63,982 nucleotides of DNA, filler included, from Asterionella formosa (GCA_002256025.1; 5 parts of 5 records of this genome joined end to end with filler, not necessarily neighbours in it); one strand, 5' to 3'; counted from the first letter of the whole stretch, positions 1 to 12,711 are shown. Numbers and translations: made by a program. The notes: generated by a model from the sequence alone, not told the origin.

Positions 1-369
1 CGAGTTCTCACGTCCCTGCCACAAACCATGTTGCAGGCCTTGAGGGCCAGTGGAAGTGCCTACTTTTCCACTCTTTGCTGTCTCAAGATTTCATGCGATG
101 GTGAACTCACATGGGAAGAAAGTGCTGGCTGCGACGATATTTCACTTGTGTAGTGTGGGAAGTCTGCACAAGAAGAAGAGATTCAGGCAGGAGCTGCAAG
201 CTCTAGAGGTCAACAACATTGTTTACTACTACTGGTACAGTCAGTCATCCACGTAATAGTCATCACTGCACTGCTGAACCCTCAGCAGAAAGTACATTTG
301 TGTAATTTCAGTTCATAGACTACCAGTACTGCAAACCAAATTTCCAACTCCCCTCCTTTTTTATCATTT

Positions 370-670
370 GTGGAACGATTCTGCGATTGGTCTAGTAAAC
401 AGTGCACCAAGAGAATTCTGATGTCAATCTTTAGAGACAATACAGTACTATTACTATCACAGATAAAGACATGGCCATATAGCGGCCCTTCAGGAAAGTT
501 ACAAACAGATTCTGATCTATTTCAAGTTGTCATGAACATTTTTGTAGGACAACATATAACATTGATTGCAAAAATCGCATCATGTCAAGTCACACATCAG
601 GATTGTGATTATGATCAGCAAACCATGGGATGCTAAACTCAACTGTGATTGCGATATTCAGACAGCACAG
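370..670 (+). mobile_element. Decayed non-LTR retrotransposon (LINE) RNase H fragment
   Basis: Frameshifted translation gives HVKSH(Q)D ... WDAKLNCDCD (about 580-660), preceded by LQTDSDLFQVV. This matches the HVKxHQD...LNxxCD signature of LINE-type RNase H domains. Many stops. Confidence 0.5.
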
Positions 671-1402
671 GTGCATTTCCTGTGCACAGTGTACACATCA
701 AAGGGCTTGACCATTTACACTTGAGCCAGGACATTTGTTGCAACTTTACAATTGGTGGGGGAGGTATACATTATGACCCACCTACCCATGGCTATACGAA
801 ATGCTTCGTTCCGAGAAAATTTCGTCACAGTTCAGCTTCGCCCTGCTCCAGTATGGCAATGGGGGTATGGGCGTCGTCCCAGGGTTCACAAGCGAGAGTT
901 GTAAGTTCACTTGAGTGTCGTCCTGGCACAAGTGCAATTTTTAGTGTGTTTAAATATATTCTTTAAAATATAATTGTGAAATAACATATTTTATGGCGTT
1001 ACCGGTGTAAGGGAATTAAATATTACCCAATGCTAGGATCCCGCCTTGTTTCTTAATCAAGCCGCCCATTGACTTCATTTGATCATTGCCCTACATACGA
1101 TTTAGACTGCTACACCGTACCAGTAATGTATGATCAGTGGACGGACTAGTTTTTGTTTCGCGATTCTTTTAGTTTCCAAGGCCAAATTTACGGAAGCAAT
1201 GTCCGGATTCAAAAAGATTAATGACACTAACTATATGTTAATCTTTCTGCAGACTTTACCTTGTACTGTTCTCAGAAATGTATACAGTACACAACCAGCT
1301 ACCAATACACCTTACACCAGGCCCTAACACCATACATATCGTCGTGCACCTCAAATTATCAGCGCTTCTTGGGCTAAGATTCCACCAGCCTCACACAAAG
1401 CC

Positions 1403-2725
1403 CTAACCCCGGGCAGCTGCAATCACTGCAGCAATGGCATTCATCTCCTTGTTCTGTTTATACAAGGCGTCTTCAATGGATTCTCCATCGTCAGTAGCAA
1501 CATCGCTTAACAATTGGTTCTCCATGTCCAAAAGTTCCTGCAAGCTGGCCCGTCTCATGGCAGACTCTTCCATCAAACGAGCATCTCTCGACTGAAGCGT
1601 GTGCATCAAATGCTCTTGTTGATCCATCATTCCAGTCAAACTGGCAGACAGGGAACCGATGCGATCACTCATAATCTCGCTCTTTCGTTTGTACTTATCA
1701 TGAGCATCAGTAACTTCGCCAAGGGTCTGCCGAAGGCCATCACGCTCTTGCTCTGCCTCTGCCAAAAGAACGGCAGTCTCTTGTAGTTTTGCCTCCAAGC
1801 TCTTCAACCTCTGATCCTTGGCAGACACTATAAGCTCCAACTCCTCCAATCGCACCTGAGCATCTCCGAGACTGTTGGTGGCAGATTCCACCTGTGATTC
1901 GAGTTCTCTATTCTTCATATTCAATGATCCCACACTCATGTTCATGCGATCTTCCCATTCACTATCACGCTGTTTCTTGTCCAACTTTAATTTCGTGATT
2001 TCTTGACGGAGACGACCCACAGTAAGCGGCATGTTGCGATCAACATCCTTATTATTTTCCTTGGAGTCTCCTGATCCAACCGAGCTGACAGTAGTACTGT
2101 CCAAAGATGATGTAGTAGGTGTATCCTTGTCAAACCACCGTTTCAAGGCAGTCACCACCGCATCCTTCTCCGGATACTCTCCTTCCAATGCCAATTGCAT
2201 CGGTGTGTTGCCATCAGCATCTGCCACTTTGGCCACATCTCGATGAGCCACCAAGATCATATCAATGACACCCACCGAGCTGGGTCCCCAACAGGCCAAG
2301 TAATGAATGGGTAACATACCCCGGGGGTCTGTAATTTTGGCAGCTCCAGGAAAGGCCACAATGAGTAAACGAATCACATCACGCGAGGCTTGATTGCCAC
2401 AAGCGTAGTGAAGTGGATACATGCCCTGATCGTCCACTTGTGCCGCACCATTTGGGTAAGCCTTGAGCAGGGCCGAAATGACCTGAGAGGGCGGCTGACG
2501 AGCGCATGCCGAATGGATGGGAAGGAAACGCCACATAATTTCATTGGAGTCTTCGTACCGACGAACGACCCATGTCTCGGCGTCGATAGGGTTGGAACTA
2601 GCAGCAGCAATGGCAGTGTCCCAATCACAATCAGTGATGCTTTCGTAAAGTGCAGTGATGTTTCTGTCATAGTCGACTTCGCGCTGTTGAGGCCGATTGT
2701 CATGGCGGGCAGTGGGTCGAGGCAT
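1403..2725 (-). CDS. Ankyrin-like repeat protein with C-terminal coiled coil (diatom-type family)
   Basis: 440-aa ORF. N-terminal DYD..ITALY..I...DW...AETWVVR...WRFLPIHSAC, then repeated G(M)(Y/L)P(L/I)H(Y) ankyrin-like units, then heptad-rich E/K/Q/L coiled coil. Confidence 0.8.
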   Translation of the reverse strand: MPRPTARHDNRPQQREVDYDRNITALYESITDCDWDTAIAAASSNPIDAETWVVRRYEDSNEIMWRFLPIHSACARQPPSQVISALLKAYPNGAAQVDDQGMYPLHYACGNQASRDVIRLLIVAFPGAAKITDPRGMLPIHYLACWGPSSVGVIDMILVAHRDVAKVADADGNTPMQLALEGEYPEKDAVVTALKRWFDKDTPTTSSLDSTTVSSVGSGDSKENNKDVDRNMPLTVGRLRQEITKLKLDKKQRDSEWEDRMNMSVGSLNMKNRELESQVESATNSLGDAQVRLEELELIVSAKDQRLKSLEAKLQETAVLLAEAEQERDGLRQTLGEVTDAHDKYKRKSEIMSDRIGSLSASLTGMMDQQEHLMHTLQSRDARLMEESAMRRASLQELLDMENQLLSDVATDDGESIEDALYKQNKEMNAIAAVIAAARG

Positions 2726-3730
2726 GGTGGTGGGGTTTCACGTATTTCGGGGTGGCTTTCGTCGAGCGCCTTTTGGCTTGTGTTCTTTATTCCCGTTTTG
2801 ATGATGCCTGACGAGAGATTTTTACAAATTCAGAAAGACTCCTGATTTGTTTTTTTGTGATTGCTGCGTCCTTGTTGTCGTGTTGCAAACAGATCAAGCA
2901 CAAGTGAGGAGATGTACTAATAAGTGGGGCAAGGGCGACGGGTGATTCTTGCAAAGCAGTCGCCGAAATATGTGAGCACCGATACACATGAATGTCCGTC
3001 CCAATGCAAGATACCAATATCGAGAAACAAGGAGCTGTAATCGTATTCGTTGACGTCAGAATGTATCCATGTAATATAAATTGCCAAATATCGGTATATA
3101 GATACGAAGATCAAATAAGAAATTTTTCCCGCTTTCTAATCACTTGCATACAAGCAGGCCGTGCTTTTTTCACGGACAAGTTTGGCACTTGGTAACATGA
3201 CAAATAAAATTTAGCATATGTAGGATAAATAAATCGTAGCATACCCACTCGAGTACATGAATACTTTATTCTGTCGGCGTTAAAATGTCATTCAGTATCG
3301 AGCACAGTACCTGTTACTATTTTACATATGGCTGGGTAGCGGTAATTACCTGGTACCTGGTACCTGGTAGTCTACTTAGCAAGGGTACCAGGTACCGAGC
3401 TATCCTGCCAAATGTCCTCAAGACTTGGACAAAATTGGCTGATGAACAGTTTCAGATGTGAGTACACAGCAATCATCGTTTTATTTCACGCTACCAGGTA
3501 CCTGGTAGTGTGTTGTAGTGTTCCGAGAACACTTCTACACTTTCAATCGATGCGTTCATTTTACTAGGTAATCATAGTACTTCAAAAATGGGTTTTATTT
3601 TGGCAACATGGCATCAAATGATATTGAAATACTGCAGTAAAAATTAACTACAGAAATTTTTCACCAGCCTACCGGTAGTACAATTAATCAAATACACACA
3701 CTAACTCCACCTGTTGCTGTAACTTACTGA

Positions 3731-5093
3731 TTAACAGCATGCCCCCTTGGTTGCACCAGCACTATTACCTCCAACAACATCATCATATGGCATACTTGTT
3801 CCACATCCTTCAAAAATTCCAAAATGCGTAGAAAAGTCCCCAACAAAGTCAAAATATTCCTTCAATGTACTGTCTTGAAGCATTTTGTAGGTATTCCCAC
3901 ATACAGTCTTGAGTCTTCCAGTTTCAAAGTAATGATGTTTGTCCAACAACCATCCCGATGGGTATCTAGGGACAGTCCCTTTATAAATCACTGCTTGTCC
4001 ATAATCTTCACAATGTGGTTCAAGGTCCGGCATATTCCATAGTCGGTAGGTGGCAGAAAAGAATTTTAAATCTCCAGCCCCATGTGTGTCCATCACTTGT
4101 TGTACTTGTGCTGACTGCACCGTAATGGGTGAATCTTCCACAAGACGCGGGTCACGAAATCCCACCTGCCGTGCCAAATTTTGAAAATCATTCCAATACA
4201 AGGCACCCGACAGGCACTCTCCCCACAACACAGGGTCGTCCTTGAGGACTTGTGGGACACGTCGATTTGCATAAACGTCACTAAAGTATAATTCTCCGCC
4301 AGGTTTCAAAAGTGTTAAACAGTGCTCCAATACAGCTTTCTTGTCTTGACATAGATTAATGACACAATTGGATATAATCACATCAAAGGTCCCAGGAGTG
4401 AGTGCGGCAATGTCATCAAGTGACTCCAAATATCCCTTATAAAATTCGACATTATCAAATCCAAATGCCTTGACATGGTACTCTTGTGTACTTGTCGCTG
4501 TTTCCAATTGCTCGTCAGTCATGTCGACACCCACGACACGACCAGTGGGCCCGACCAATTGCGACGCAATGTAGACATCACGTCCAGCTCCACATCCCAA
4601 GTCCAGGATCGATGCCCCGGTCAAATCATATTGTGGCAAGCACAATCCACATCCATAGTACTTGGCAAGGACGGTGGGATGAATGTTGGAAATGGCATTC
4701 TGAATATGGTCTGGAGGTGGTCCTGACAAAGTACAACAAGCGTTGGTTAACAAATCAGACGACGATTGCAATGTTGTTCCGTAGTATGTGGAAACTTGAT
4801 CTTGAAGTGGAGTAGCAGTCGAAGTAGTTGTGGCGTCTACTACAGTGCGTTGACGACAAACATAAGAATGAGTTAGTTTATACAATGGTTGAATACAGGG
4901 TACCTGGTAGTTAGTATCCATTCATTCATTCATTCATTCATTCATTCTGATCCAAGCTGATCCCAACTGACGTACCAAACAAAAGATCTTTCTGTGCATT
5001 CTTGAGAACAAACGACGGACGACTACCTGCCACTAATGTAGCAGGCGGACGAAAGGCACTACAAGAGGACAAGAGAAGGAGGAATAGTTTCAT
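3731..5093 (-). CDS. AS3MT: Arsenite S-adenosylmethionine methyltransferase (ArsM/AS3MT family), two exons (5093-4976, 4839-3731), probable bipartite plastid presequence
   Basis: Motifs TNACC, YYGCG, LDLGCGAGRD (SAM binding), ISNCVINL, WGECLSGALY, C-terminal GACC. Upstream exon MKLFLLLLSSCSAFRPP... joins in frame via a GTACG...CTGTAG intron (4975-4840), replacing the spurious ORF-track start at 4921. Confidence 0.9.
4920..4947 (+). repeat. (TTCA)n microsatellite inside the AS3MT intron
   Basis: ttcattcattcattcattcattcattc seen directly. Confidence 0.9.
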
Positions 5094-5695
5094 CTTTCTT
5101 TGTCTTTGTGAACTCAGTGCGAAGGATGAGAACAGAACGAAGCGAAAAACACAAAGAATCGCTCAGATTTCTACTGGTGTGGTTTTGGCAGAGCAATATT
5201 GCATACCGGTACATCATACCGATAGGAGACAAAGAATCCTCGTCCCTCTCTCCGCCTGATGTCGTTAGGTGCCAAACAATATTTGGCTCGTCTGTAATTT
5301 ATATAGCTTTCATCGTACCGGTATGCACTGACGAGGGTCTGGTGGCATGATACATATGATTCTACCTTCTGGTGATACATACTACCAGTACGGTATTTTG
5401 CTGAACACGCACAAGCAAATCTGTACTCCGAATACCAGCAAGTTGCGGCAATTTTGCTGAAACTAATGATTTAGCTATCTTTATCCCAGATTCAAATGTT
5501 AGTTTAAGCAAAATGACCGCAACTTGCAGGTACAACAAACTGTGTACCGCGCAAGTATCGTACAACTAATGCTGTTGCGCCGACTAAATAATATGGTGAT
5601 GAATAAAACATATGTAGATGCATACTGGTAGATTGAATAAATTGACCGTCGGTGTCGTCTTCATCAATTCAATATAAGATCAACCAACAACGACC

Positions 5696-6637
5696 ATGAT
5701 GTATCAACCCACTACAACTTATGCATCGTCATTACTTGCCATGTTTACGAACAATCCAAACTTGTTAGTATCCTTCCTGTTGTTCCACATGTACGTAATG
5801 ATGAGTTTCATTGCCATGGCATCCTATTATTGTATTCCAGTTTTGATGGAACTGTCCCGTCATGGTAAAACAAGACGACGAAACGGTAATAGTAGTACTA
5901 CTACTACAACTACAAATATAGGTACAGATACTACTGCTAATAGCACCCAGCATCATGACCAGCAGGACAATTACTGGACTGTCCCAAAGTCCTGGTTTTT
6001 GCATTTTTATCTCTTTGGATTGATCATGGTTATGGTTATGCTTTGGACAATGACAACAACCAGGTCAACTGCGATAGCCACGACTACTGCTAGTATTGTA
6101 TTGGTAGTTCATTTACTCCGACGTTGTTATGAATGTATGTATATTCATAAATTTGGAAACAGTCGTATGCATATAATGGGATACATGGTTGGGTTGTTTC
6201 ATTACATGTTACTACCATGGAACTTTATTCATATATCAATAACAACTGCAAATGACAATGCCAAGCAACAACCACAAGAAGCATCCACAATGAAAGTACT
6301 CATTGGACTATTCATTTGTATCATTGGTCAATATGAACAATACCAACATCATTTCATTTTAAGTACATTGCGGGATACTACTAGAAATGCTACACTTCAT
6401 GTTTCTATTCCATATGGAAAATGGTTCAATTATGTAAGCTGTCCTCATTATTTGGCAGAAATTTTGATCTATATTGGTCTTACGATCATTGTTCAGACAC
6501 CTCAGACGGAAGCGCTCCTTTTTTGGGTAGTTACAAATCTTTGCATTTCTGCCATGACGAATCATTCATGGTATTTGGAAACATTTCATGAGTACGCCAA
6601 GTTGCATCGAACTGCCATTATACCATTCTTGGTGTAA
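5696..6637 (+). CDS. SRD5A3: Polyprenol reductase / steroid 5-alpha-reductase family membrane protein
   Basis: Multi-TM ORF with HGKT, VPKSWFLHFY, HLLRRCYEC, H..L..LR, IPYGKWFNYVSCPHYLAEILIY, WY...F..Y...RTAIIPF: SRD5A3/DFG10 signature. Confidence 0.88.
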   Translation: MMYQPTTTYASSLLAMFTNNPNLLVSFLLFHMYVMMSFIAMASYYCIPVLMELSRHGKTRRRNGNSSTTTTTTNIGTDTTANSTQHHDQQDNYWTVPKSWFLHFYLFGLIMVMVMLWTMTTTRSTAIATTTASIVLVVHLLRRCYECMYIHKFGNSRMHIMGYMVGLFHYMLLPWNFIHISITTANDNAKQQPQEASTMKVLIGLFICIIGQYEQYQHHFILSTLRDTTRNATLHVSIPYGKWFNYVSCPHYLAEILIYIGLTIIVQTPQTEALLFWVVTNLCISAMTNHSWYLETFHEYAKLHRTAIIPFLV

Positions 6638-6736
6638 AAGAAACGACACTAGCTATAAAAAGATCAGTCATGTTTCATGTAATCATATAATTTATATAGT
6701 AACGAAAGACAGACACTAAAATGTGATAATTCTCCC

Positions 6737-8131
6737 TCAAGGGACATAGGCCGGTGGGTCCCCTTGTCGTGCTGCAACCTGTATGTGGATATCACTAGGT
6801 GCTGTCAAAATTGATCCCGAAAAGACTGCCCCATCGGCCATAATTTCTGCAGGAATAGCAGTCCCCGTCGTCTTGGCCACAACATTGTTCAATGTTGCTG
6901 TCGCCTTGTTACAACTGTCTTGCAACATTGCACACCAGGCATTCCTCTGGTCACGGCTCTGACCTTCAGCCTCCAAATGTCGCTTAGAGTACTCCTCCAG
7001 TGCCTTGGCACGAGCATCGTCAGCTTCCTTTGCTTTCCAAACTTGATCATTAAGTTGGGCCTTGAGAGAGAGTTGTTGGTCCAACAGTGATTGGACCAAC
7101 GCCACAAGTTCAGTATTGGCATCCGTCAATAACTTCTCACGCTTGACAAGTTTATGTTGTTCAACAGTTTCCTCTTGTCGGCGCGCCTCATTCACAGTAT
7201 TCAATGCCGAGGTAACTTGGCCCAACTTTTGCGTCAAGGCCACTTCAGTTGCCACCTTTTCATTCAATTGCAACGTGGATTGGTCCAACTTCGTCTTTGT
7301 CGTTTCCAATTCCATCGTTGCGGCTGCAAGTGCAGACACCAACTGATCTCGTTCATGACCCAAATCACTCTTTAGACGTATCAATGACTTGGCATGCACA
7401 TCTTGAAGCGCCTCTGTCCTGGCCTCCAACACAGCTCGAGATTCCACCAATCCACGTTGCCGTTCTGTCGAAATAGCAATTTGTGAATACAATTCCAAGA
7501 CACTTGCCTTTTTCTTTCCAAGAGAACTTGCACATGCTGTAGGAGTACGTCCCTTGCGGTCCTTGACAGAAATACCATTGGGGTACGCTGTCACTAATTC
7601 TTCCATGACATCCCACGTGGCATCATTCCGGAATGCCAAATGCAATGGCAACATGCCCTGATCGTCTTTACACTGTGCCCCCATGGGGTACTCTTGCAAC
7701 AACAATTCCACAATCTCCAATGGTGCTTGAAAAATAATACTCGCATGAATAGGAAGGATCCGCCAACGAAGTTTCCCCGACGTTTCTTTCCGAACGACCC
7801 AAGTGGACGCCTGTGTCGAAATGGTGTTCTTGTCGTGAGTCATCATTTGTTTCACATGATCCCATTGTCGTGCTTCAATGGCTTGATACAAGTAGGTTGG
7901 ATTAACATCATAGTCACATTCTAAAAGAGATTGACCAAGACGTGCACCACCTGATGAACGAGAAGGACTAGCACTAATACTACTAGGTGACAGTTCCGGA
8001 GATGCCAACGGCGACGCTGTGCCATTCGTTGGACGGCCAGATGTGGCCAGAGTGTTGTCATGCGTCCAGGCTGTCATGTCACCAGCAGCAGCAGTAGGCT
8101 GAGGAGGAACCCAATCAAACTCGGCTGTCAT
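6737..8131 (-). CDS. Ankyrin-like repeat protein with coiled coil (paralogue of 1403-2725)
   Basis: 464-aa ORF with ECDYD.NPTYLYQAIE...W...ASTWVVRKE..G.LRWRILPIH, DDQGMLPLHLA, DRKGRTP, then coiled coil. Confidence 0.8.
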   Translation of the reverse strand: MTAEFDWVPPQPTAAAGDMTAWTHDNTLATSGRPTNGTASPLASPELSPSSISASPSRSSGGARLGQSLLECDYDVNPTYLYQAIEARQWDHVKQMMTHDKNTISTQASTWVVRKETSGKLRWRILPIHASIIFQAPLEIVELLLQEYPMGAQCKDDQGMLPLHLAFRNDATWDVMEELVTAYPNGISVKDRKGRTPTACASSLGKKKASVLELYSQIAISTERQRGLVESRAVLEARTEALQDVHAKSLIRLKSDLGHERDQLVSALAAATMELETTKTKLDQSTLQLNEKVATEVALTQKLGQVTSALNTVNEARRQEETVEQHKLVKREKLLTDANTELVALVQSLLDQQLSLKAQLNDQVWKAKEADDARAKALEEYSKRHLEAEGQSRDQRNAWCAMLQDSCNKATATLNNVVAKTTGTAIPAEIMADGAVFSGSILTAPSDIHIQVAARQGDPPAYVP

Positions 8132-9995
8132 GAGTATTGCTCAGCGATGGAAGTGTGCAATAAAATGTAACAAATGATTTTTTATGGAGAAGCATGGAGG
8201 ATCCTCAACTCTTTCCTATACAGGGCAGTACAATATAATTATACATGGCCAAAAACAGGTCCATTTCTTCCTAAACAGCATACGTATAGTTTATCATATA
8301 TATTCAGAAAGGAATACATGTTTGCTTTATTTTTTCGAGGGATCCATCGCCAAAGTGAAAACGGAGTGGGATCATAGGATGGATGGGTGTCCTTGTTTTA
8401 TTTCATTGGACCTTTATTTGGTCAAAACTCATCCATGTTCCCAGTATATCAGTACCGTACATGCACCGATAATTGCTGTATACAAGCAACAATATCGGGC
8501 ATTGGAATGTGCGATAAGATTCATTTTAATTATCTGAATACAAGTACCGGTATACAAGGAATAAAATTCATACCAACCCGGAGAAACGTTGAAGGAGAAT
8601 CAGCACACGTACCATACCAGTACCAGTACCAGGTACCAGTAGTCTAGGTATTCAGAACATGATTGGGTAAAATAGGAACATAACTTGGAACTCACAACAT
8701 GTGACTTGACCTCGTAGCGAAAACCTGGTACATAGCTCATAGGCATTGGTACAAGGTTCGAGTACCAGGAACTGGTACCGGTAGGTAAATGGTACTCCTC
8801 CTTTCGTAACGGTAGACTACCGGTTTGTTAAAACCGTTGTAACTGTCAGCCAGGTACTCCCAGGGACTTGGCAGAGGTAGAGGTAACATGTTCCAGGTTA
8901 CTTACCACTGTACTGGAACCGTCCTTGTTGTGAGGAAGAAGGTAACTAACAAACACGATTGGGCATGTCTGAGCAGCCGCCAGCCAGGAGGTGGCTGCTC
9001 AGCTTGGTTTTCCTTCCTCGCAATGCCATCATGTCTCCATGTTGATGAACTACCGGTATAACTGGTACTCCTACCTGGTAGTACTCACTCCCTAGACTAC
9101 CAGGTACCAGTTACCTTTGCTAGACTGTGCCTGGTACCTGGTACCCGATGCATCAGGAAGCAACCTGAAGGTACGTAACGGCATTATAGAGCGACTGAAC
9201 TTCCTCGCCTAAAACGACCTAATTTTAAGTGTACCGGTAATTATAGGGGAGGAACAAAATGGATGCAAACTATGTCTTTATACCTCCGGTTTTCCATGCT
9301 CCCTACTACCGGTATGTGCGCACCTCATATGCCTTTTTCTGGCATGTAATGTTACGATGTTACTCTATACTAAGCATAGACCTACAGTGTCCTGGTTACC
9401 AAGAAAGCAATTTTATACCGGTAAATCATTATGTGTATATACCGGGTATTTGTGAAGGTAACAGTTTTAATAATATTAATTAAGCTCTATGAGGATGCAT
9501 CATCATCAGCGGGTTGCTCTGAAAGACGGCTTTTATTATAAGGAAAACACAGCTAAAGTTCTCGTTTACGAATGGCCACGACCATCTTTCAATATTTCAG
9601 TCGGATAAAGAAGACGAAAATCGTAAAATATACTTCACGATAGAAAAGGATCCACCCCAAAAATCACTGTCGCTTTTTGTGGTCGTGGTTTGTCGATTTA
9701 CTCAGGAGTGAATAAGGATTCTAGCTTGGTTTCAAGAGTTAAAGGAAAACGTATAGTCCACTCACATAGAGGGCATGTAATAAGCCGGGAATTAGTATAG
9801 CTACCATGATAATGTTTGTAATGAAACAAATCTGCCCTAGTTATGAATCTGAAAGCACTCATACATGATTGCTTTTCGTGGGTATTAAATCGAATGAATA
9901 CACACTTCTCTTGCTCTGTCATCACGCCCCAACGTGATGAGGTCACCTAGATCTGGTAGAATGGCTGTTACTTGGTACCATTTGACTATCATCAC

Positions 9996-10811
9996 TCATA
10001 TCTCGTCACGCCCAGTAGCTGAATGAATCTCATCGTCGTACAAACTTTTGTAGAGTTTCCTTTGACTGACACTAGTTGCATCGTAAGCTCCGTCAATCTG
10101 AATAGTTGTACAATTGGCTTGTACCCTGAGATAGGTTGCATCGTCTAACCAATCACTGGTCTTTTGAATCGATCGAAGATACTTGTACGCGAACCAATTG
10201 TCATTGTCAACATTTTGTGGTTTCCGAAGCCTTCTCCGCCGTTTATCACTGTTGTCCAGATAACACGATCGACATTGACTTATCGAAGCCATGAATCTTG
10301 CCATATTGAACCCCCACACCGGCCGTCGAGTTGTGGACGATGAATATGATGTTGTTGTCAGCGAGCGCAGCCGATCATCATTAAAGAGTCTACGTCCCGT
10401 TTCTGGTGTCAAAGGCATCACTTTTTGTACGTATAATATTGCTTCTGTGATGTTTGTTGCGTTGAACGTACCCACGTCAATCGTCGATCGTTTGATGAGG
10501 TTGGTGGACATTGCCAGAATATCGTTGGGACCACCGACGGTATATTCAAAGTTTGGGATAATCATGGAGACTATTATCTCGCATTCTCCTTCTAGAATGA
10601 GATCTTCGTCTAGGAGCACCTCAGTTCCAGCAGGCGCTGTTTCATTTTGTACTTGTAGCACCTCTGTTCCAGTAGATGCCGTGTCATTTTGTTCTTGTAA
10701 TAGTCGAGGAGGCGGCAGGTCGAGTTTCCGTTGAGTTGGCGCATTCAAGCGAGACTCGGTAGTAGTGGAGCACAAGGATATCAGGGGGATTAGCAGTAAT
10801 AGTCGGATCAT
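9996..10811 (-). CDS. Secreted protein of unknown function with RxL motifs
   Basis: Signal peptide MIRLLLLIPLISLCS; RKL/RLL/RRL motifs; CRSCYLDNSDKRRRRL; short tandem repeat QN(D/E)TA..GTEVL x2. Confidence 0.65.
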   Translation of the reverse strand: MIRLLLLIPLISLCSTTTESRLNAPTQRKLDLPPPRLLQEQNDTASTGTEVLQVQNETAPAGTEVLLDEDLILEGECEIIVSMIIPNFEYTVGGPNDILAMSTNLIKRSTIDVGTFNATNITEAILYVQKVMPLTPETGRRLFNDDRLRSLTTTSYSSSTTRRPVWGFNMARFMASISQCRSCYLDNSDKRRRRLRKPQNVDNDNWFAYKYLRSIQKTSDWLDDATYLRVQANCTTIQIDGAYDATSVSQRKLYKSLYDDEIHSATGRDEI

Positions 10812-12711
10812 CTTCGATTTAAGCTGGATTGAGATTGACAGGGAGCTTGTTGTCAGTAATTCGGTGTATGAGACAATCTTGTCATGGCGTTGCGGATGAA
10901 ATATTTTATGTCCCCATGGTAATTCTTTGATGAGGGCCTATCGTGATTAACGGTTAACAAGAGATTTCTTGAAGGGAGCGATGAGTCGACTTCTTTTGAG
11001 ATAGAAAGAATGCTTGGATTTGTCAAATAGGTGTAATGTTTCAAAGTTCAATAGTTATGATCCGTCCTCTTTGATATCGGACAAATGCCGAGCACAGAAA
11101 GCCCTATCAAGAAATTTCGATGACAATAATTTCTAGGTCCATTTAACAGGAGTTTGTAGTGAAATAATAACACTTAGGCCATTGCCAAATACCGATAAAT
11201 TCTAAATGCCATTAGTAATCGTAGATGCCTTGCTATTCGATATATTCTGTAGAATCATTCATTGGTTGCCATATCTACGCAGCGGTACATTTATACTTTA
11301 TCTTCCGGTATTGTATACCGGGTACATTCGTTCTGATTGTCGATGACCCTTCAATTCATTCGTCTAAAATTCTGCTACATATCGTATGTAGCTCGATATT
11401 ACTATGCATTGCAAACACACAGGGTAAGTGCCGGGCAACTTTTCGTCTTCATGTCGGCAATAATCTTGATTTTTGTGCGAGCTGAACCCTATAATAATAT
11501 TGTTTGCATCAAGAATACATTGGTGGACCAAAAAGAGGCGGATTGGGAAAACATTTATATGGTGTAGTCAGTATTTTCCTCTATACAGTTCACCAGCAGT
11601 CTTGTATTTGTCGCCATTTTATTTGTCGCTTCCACGTTTGCTAGCATCGAGAATTAATCGGACTTGACAAGGTTAATTGCACACAAGTACTTTTTATGCA
11701 TGACTACCGTACATAGCAAGTAGCTACTTTACAAAAGTAGTTCGGCATCTGAACTACTAGCCACCTCATAATGACGGCAGTCGTGCCTCATCACCATAGC
11801 ATCTACAATACATTGGATGCAAGGTTTGTACAAAAAATGTGCGTTTTACAATCTAATACAGGAGTAAATTATAGTTCAGCACGAAGAAGTATTAACTTAA
11901 TTATTTATGGTCAAGTCCTCGCAATGTGTTCGTCTCACTCAGACTGGGAAAAATATAAATTGAATTCTTTTGCCTTGGGTACTGACTATTATCCCATTCA
12001 TTAGTAGTAGGGTAGTGGTTGAATTACTTCACTCAATCGTTTCACCTTTGATCATTAGTAGGTATCAGTTTCATTTGAGTATAAGTAAGACACACAACTT
12101 CATCTCAAAGGAATGTTTGTGTAGTACTACTGTGGGTGGTTCCATGTTTCATGGCAATGATATGAAAGATCGCTGGATTCTTTCAAGAAGCGCACATTAT
12201 TTTTGGTTGTGTCCATCTTTGGGTGCCTGTAGAGTACATCATACATATATATATATACAGTATATATATTTGTCGCTGAGTTTCCAACTGTATCTGTTGT
12301 TCCAATTTGCAGGTCGACGCACACCACACCACCACAATTGTAAAACTCCGAGATAATCATTTCGTTACCTATCCTCTGATATATATATAAGTCTCCTGTC
12401 ACTTGAAGGTTCAACTGAATTTTTTGAGTCTGTTGGCGGTACCCACACCATTCGTGTCATATATACAAAAGCACCCAAAAGTGAATAAATGCAATGAAAT
12501 TAAGGAGGAGGAACGTTCCGCTCAACCCATCATTTTCTACAGTTTGCCCATGATTGGTTGTGACATGACTGACACACAAATATATGCATAGTAGTACATG
12601 CATCAAAATCCACTATATCGTACTGCCAAATAAATTCCAAAAACAAGTCCAAGGACTGTCGGTATGAGTCGCAACAAGAGAAAAGGTGGGCATTGTTTCA
12701 CAATTATGATT

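Noticed and set aside
4840..4921. ORF-track N-terminus MDTNYQVPCIQ... of AS3MT
   Set aside because: It is intron read-through; a better upstream exon exists.
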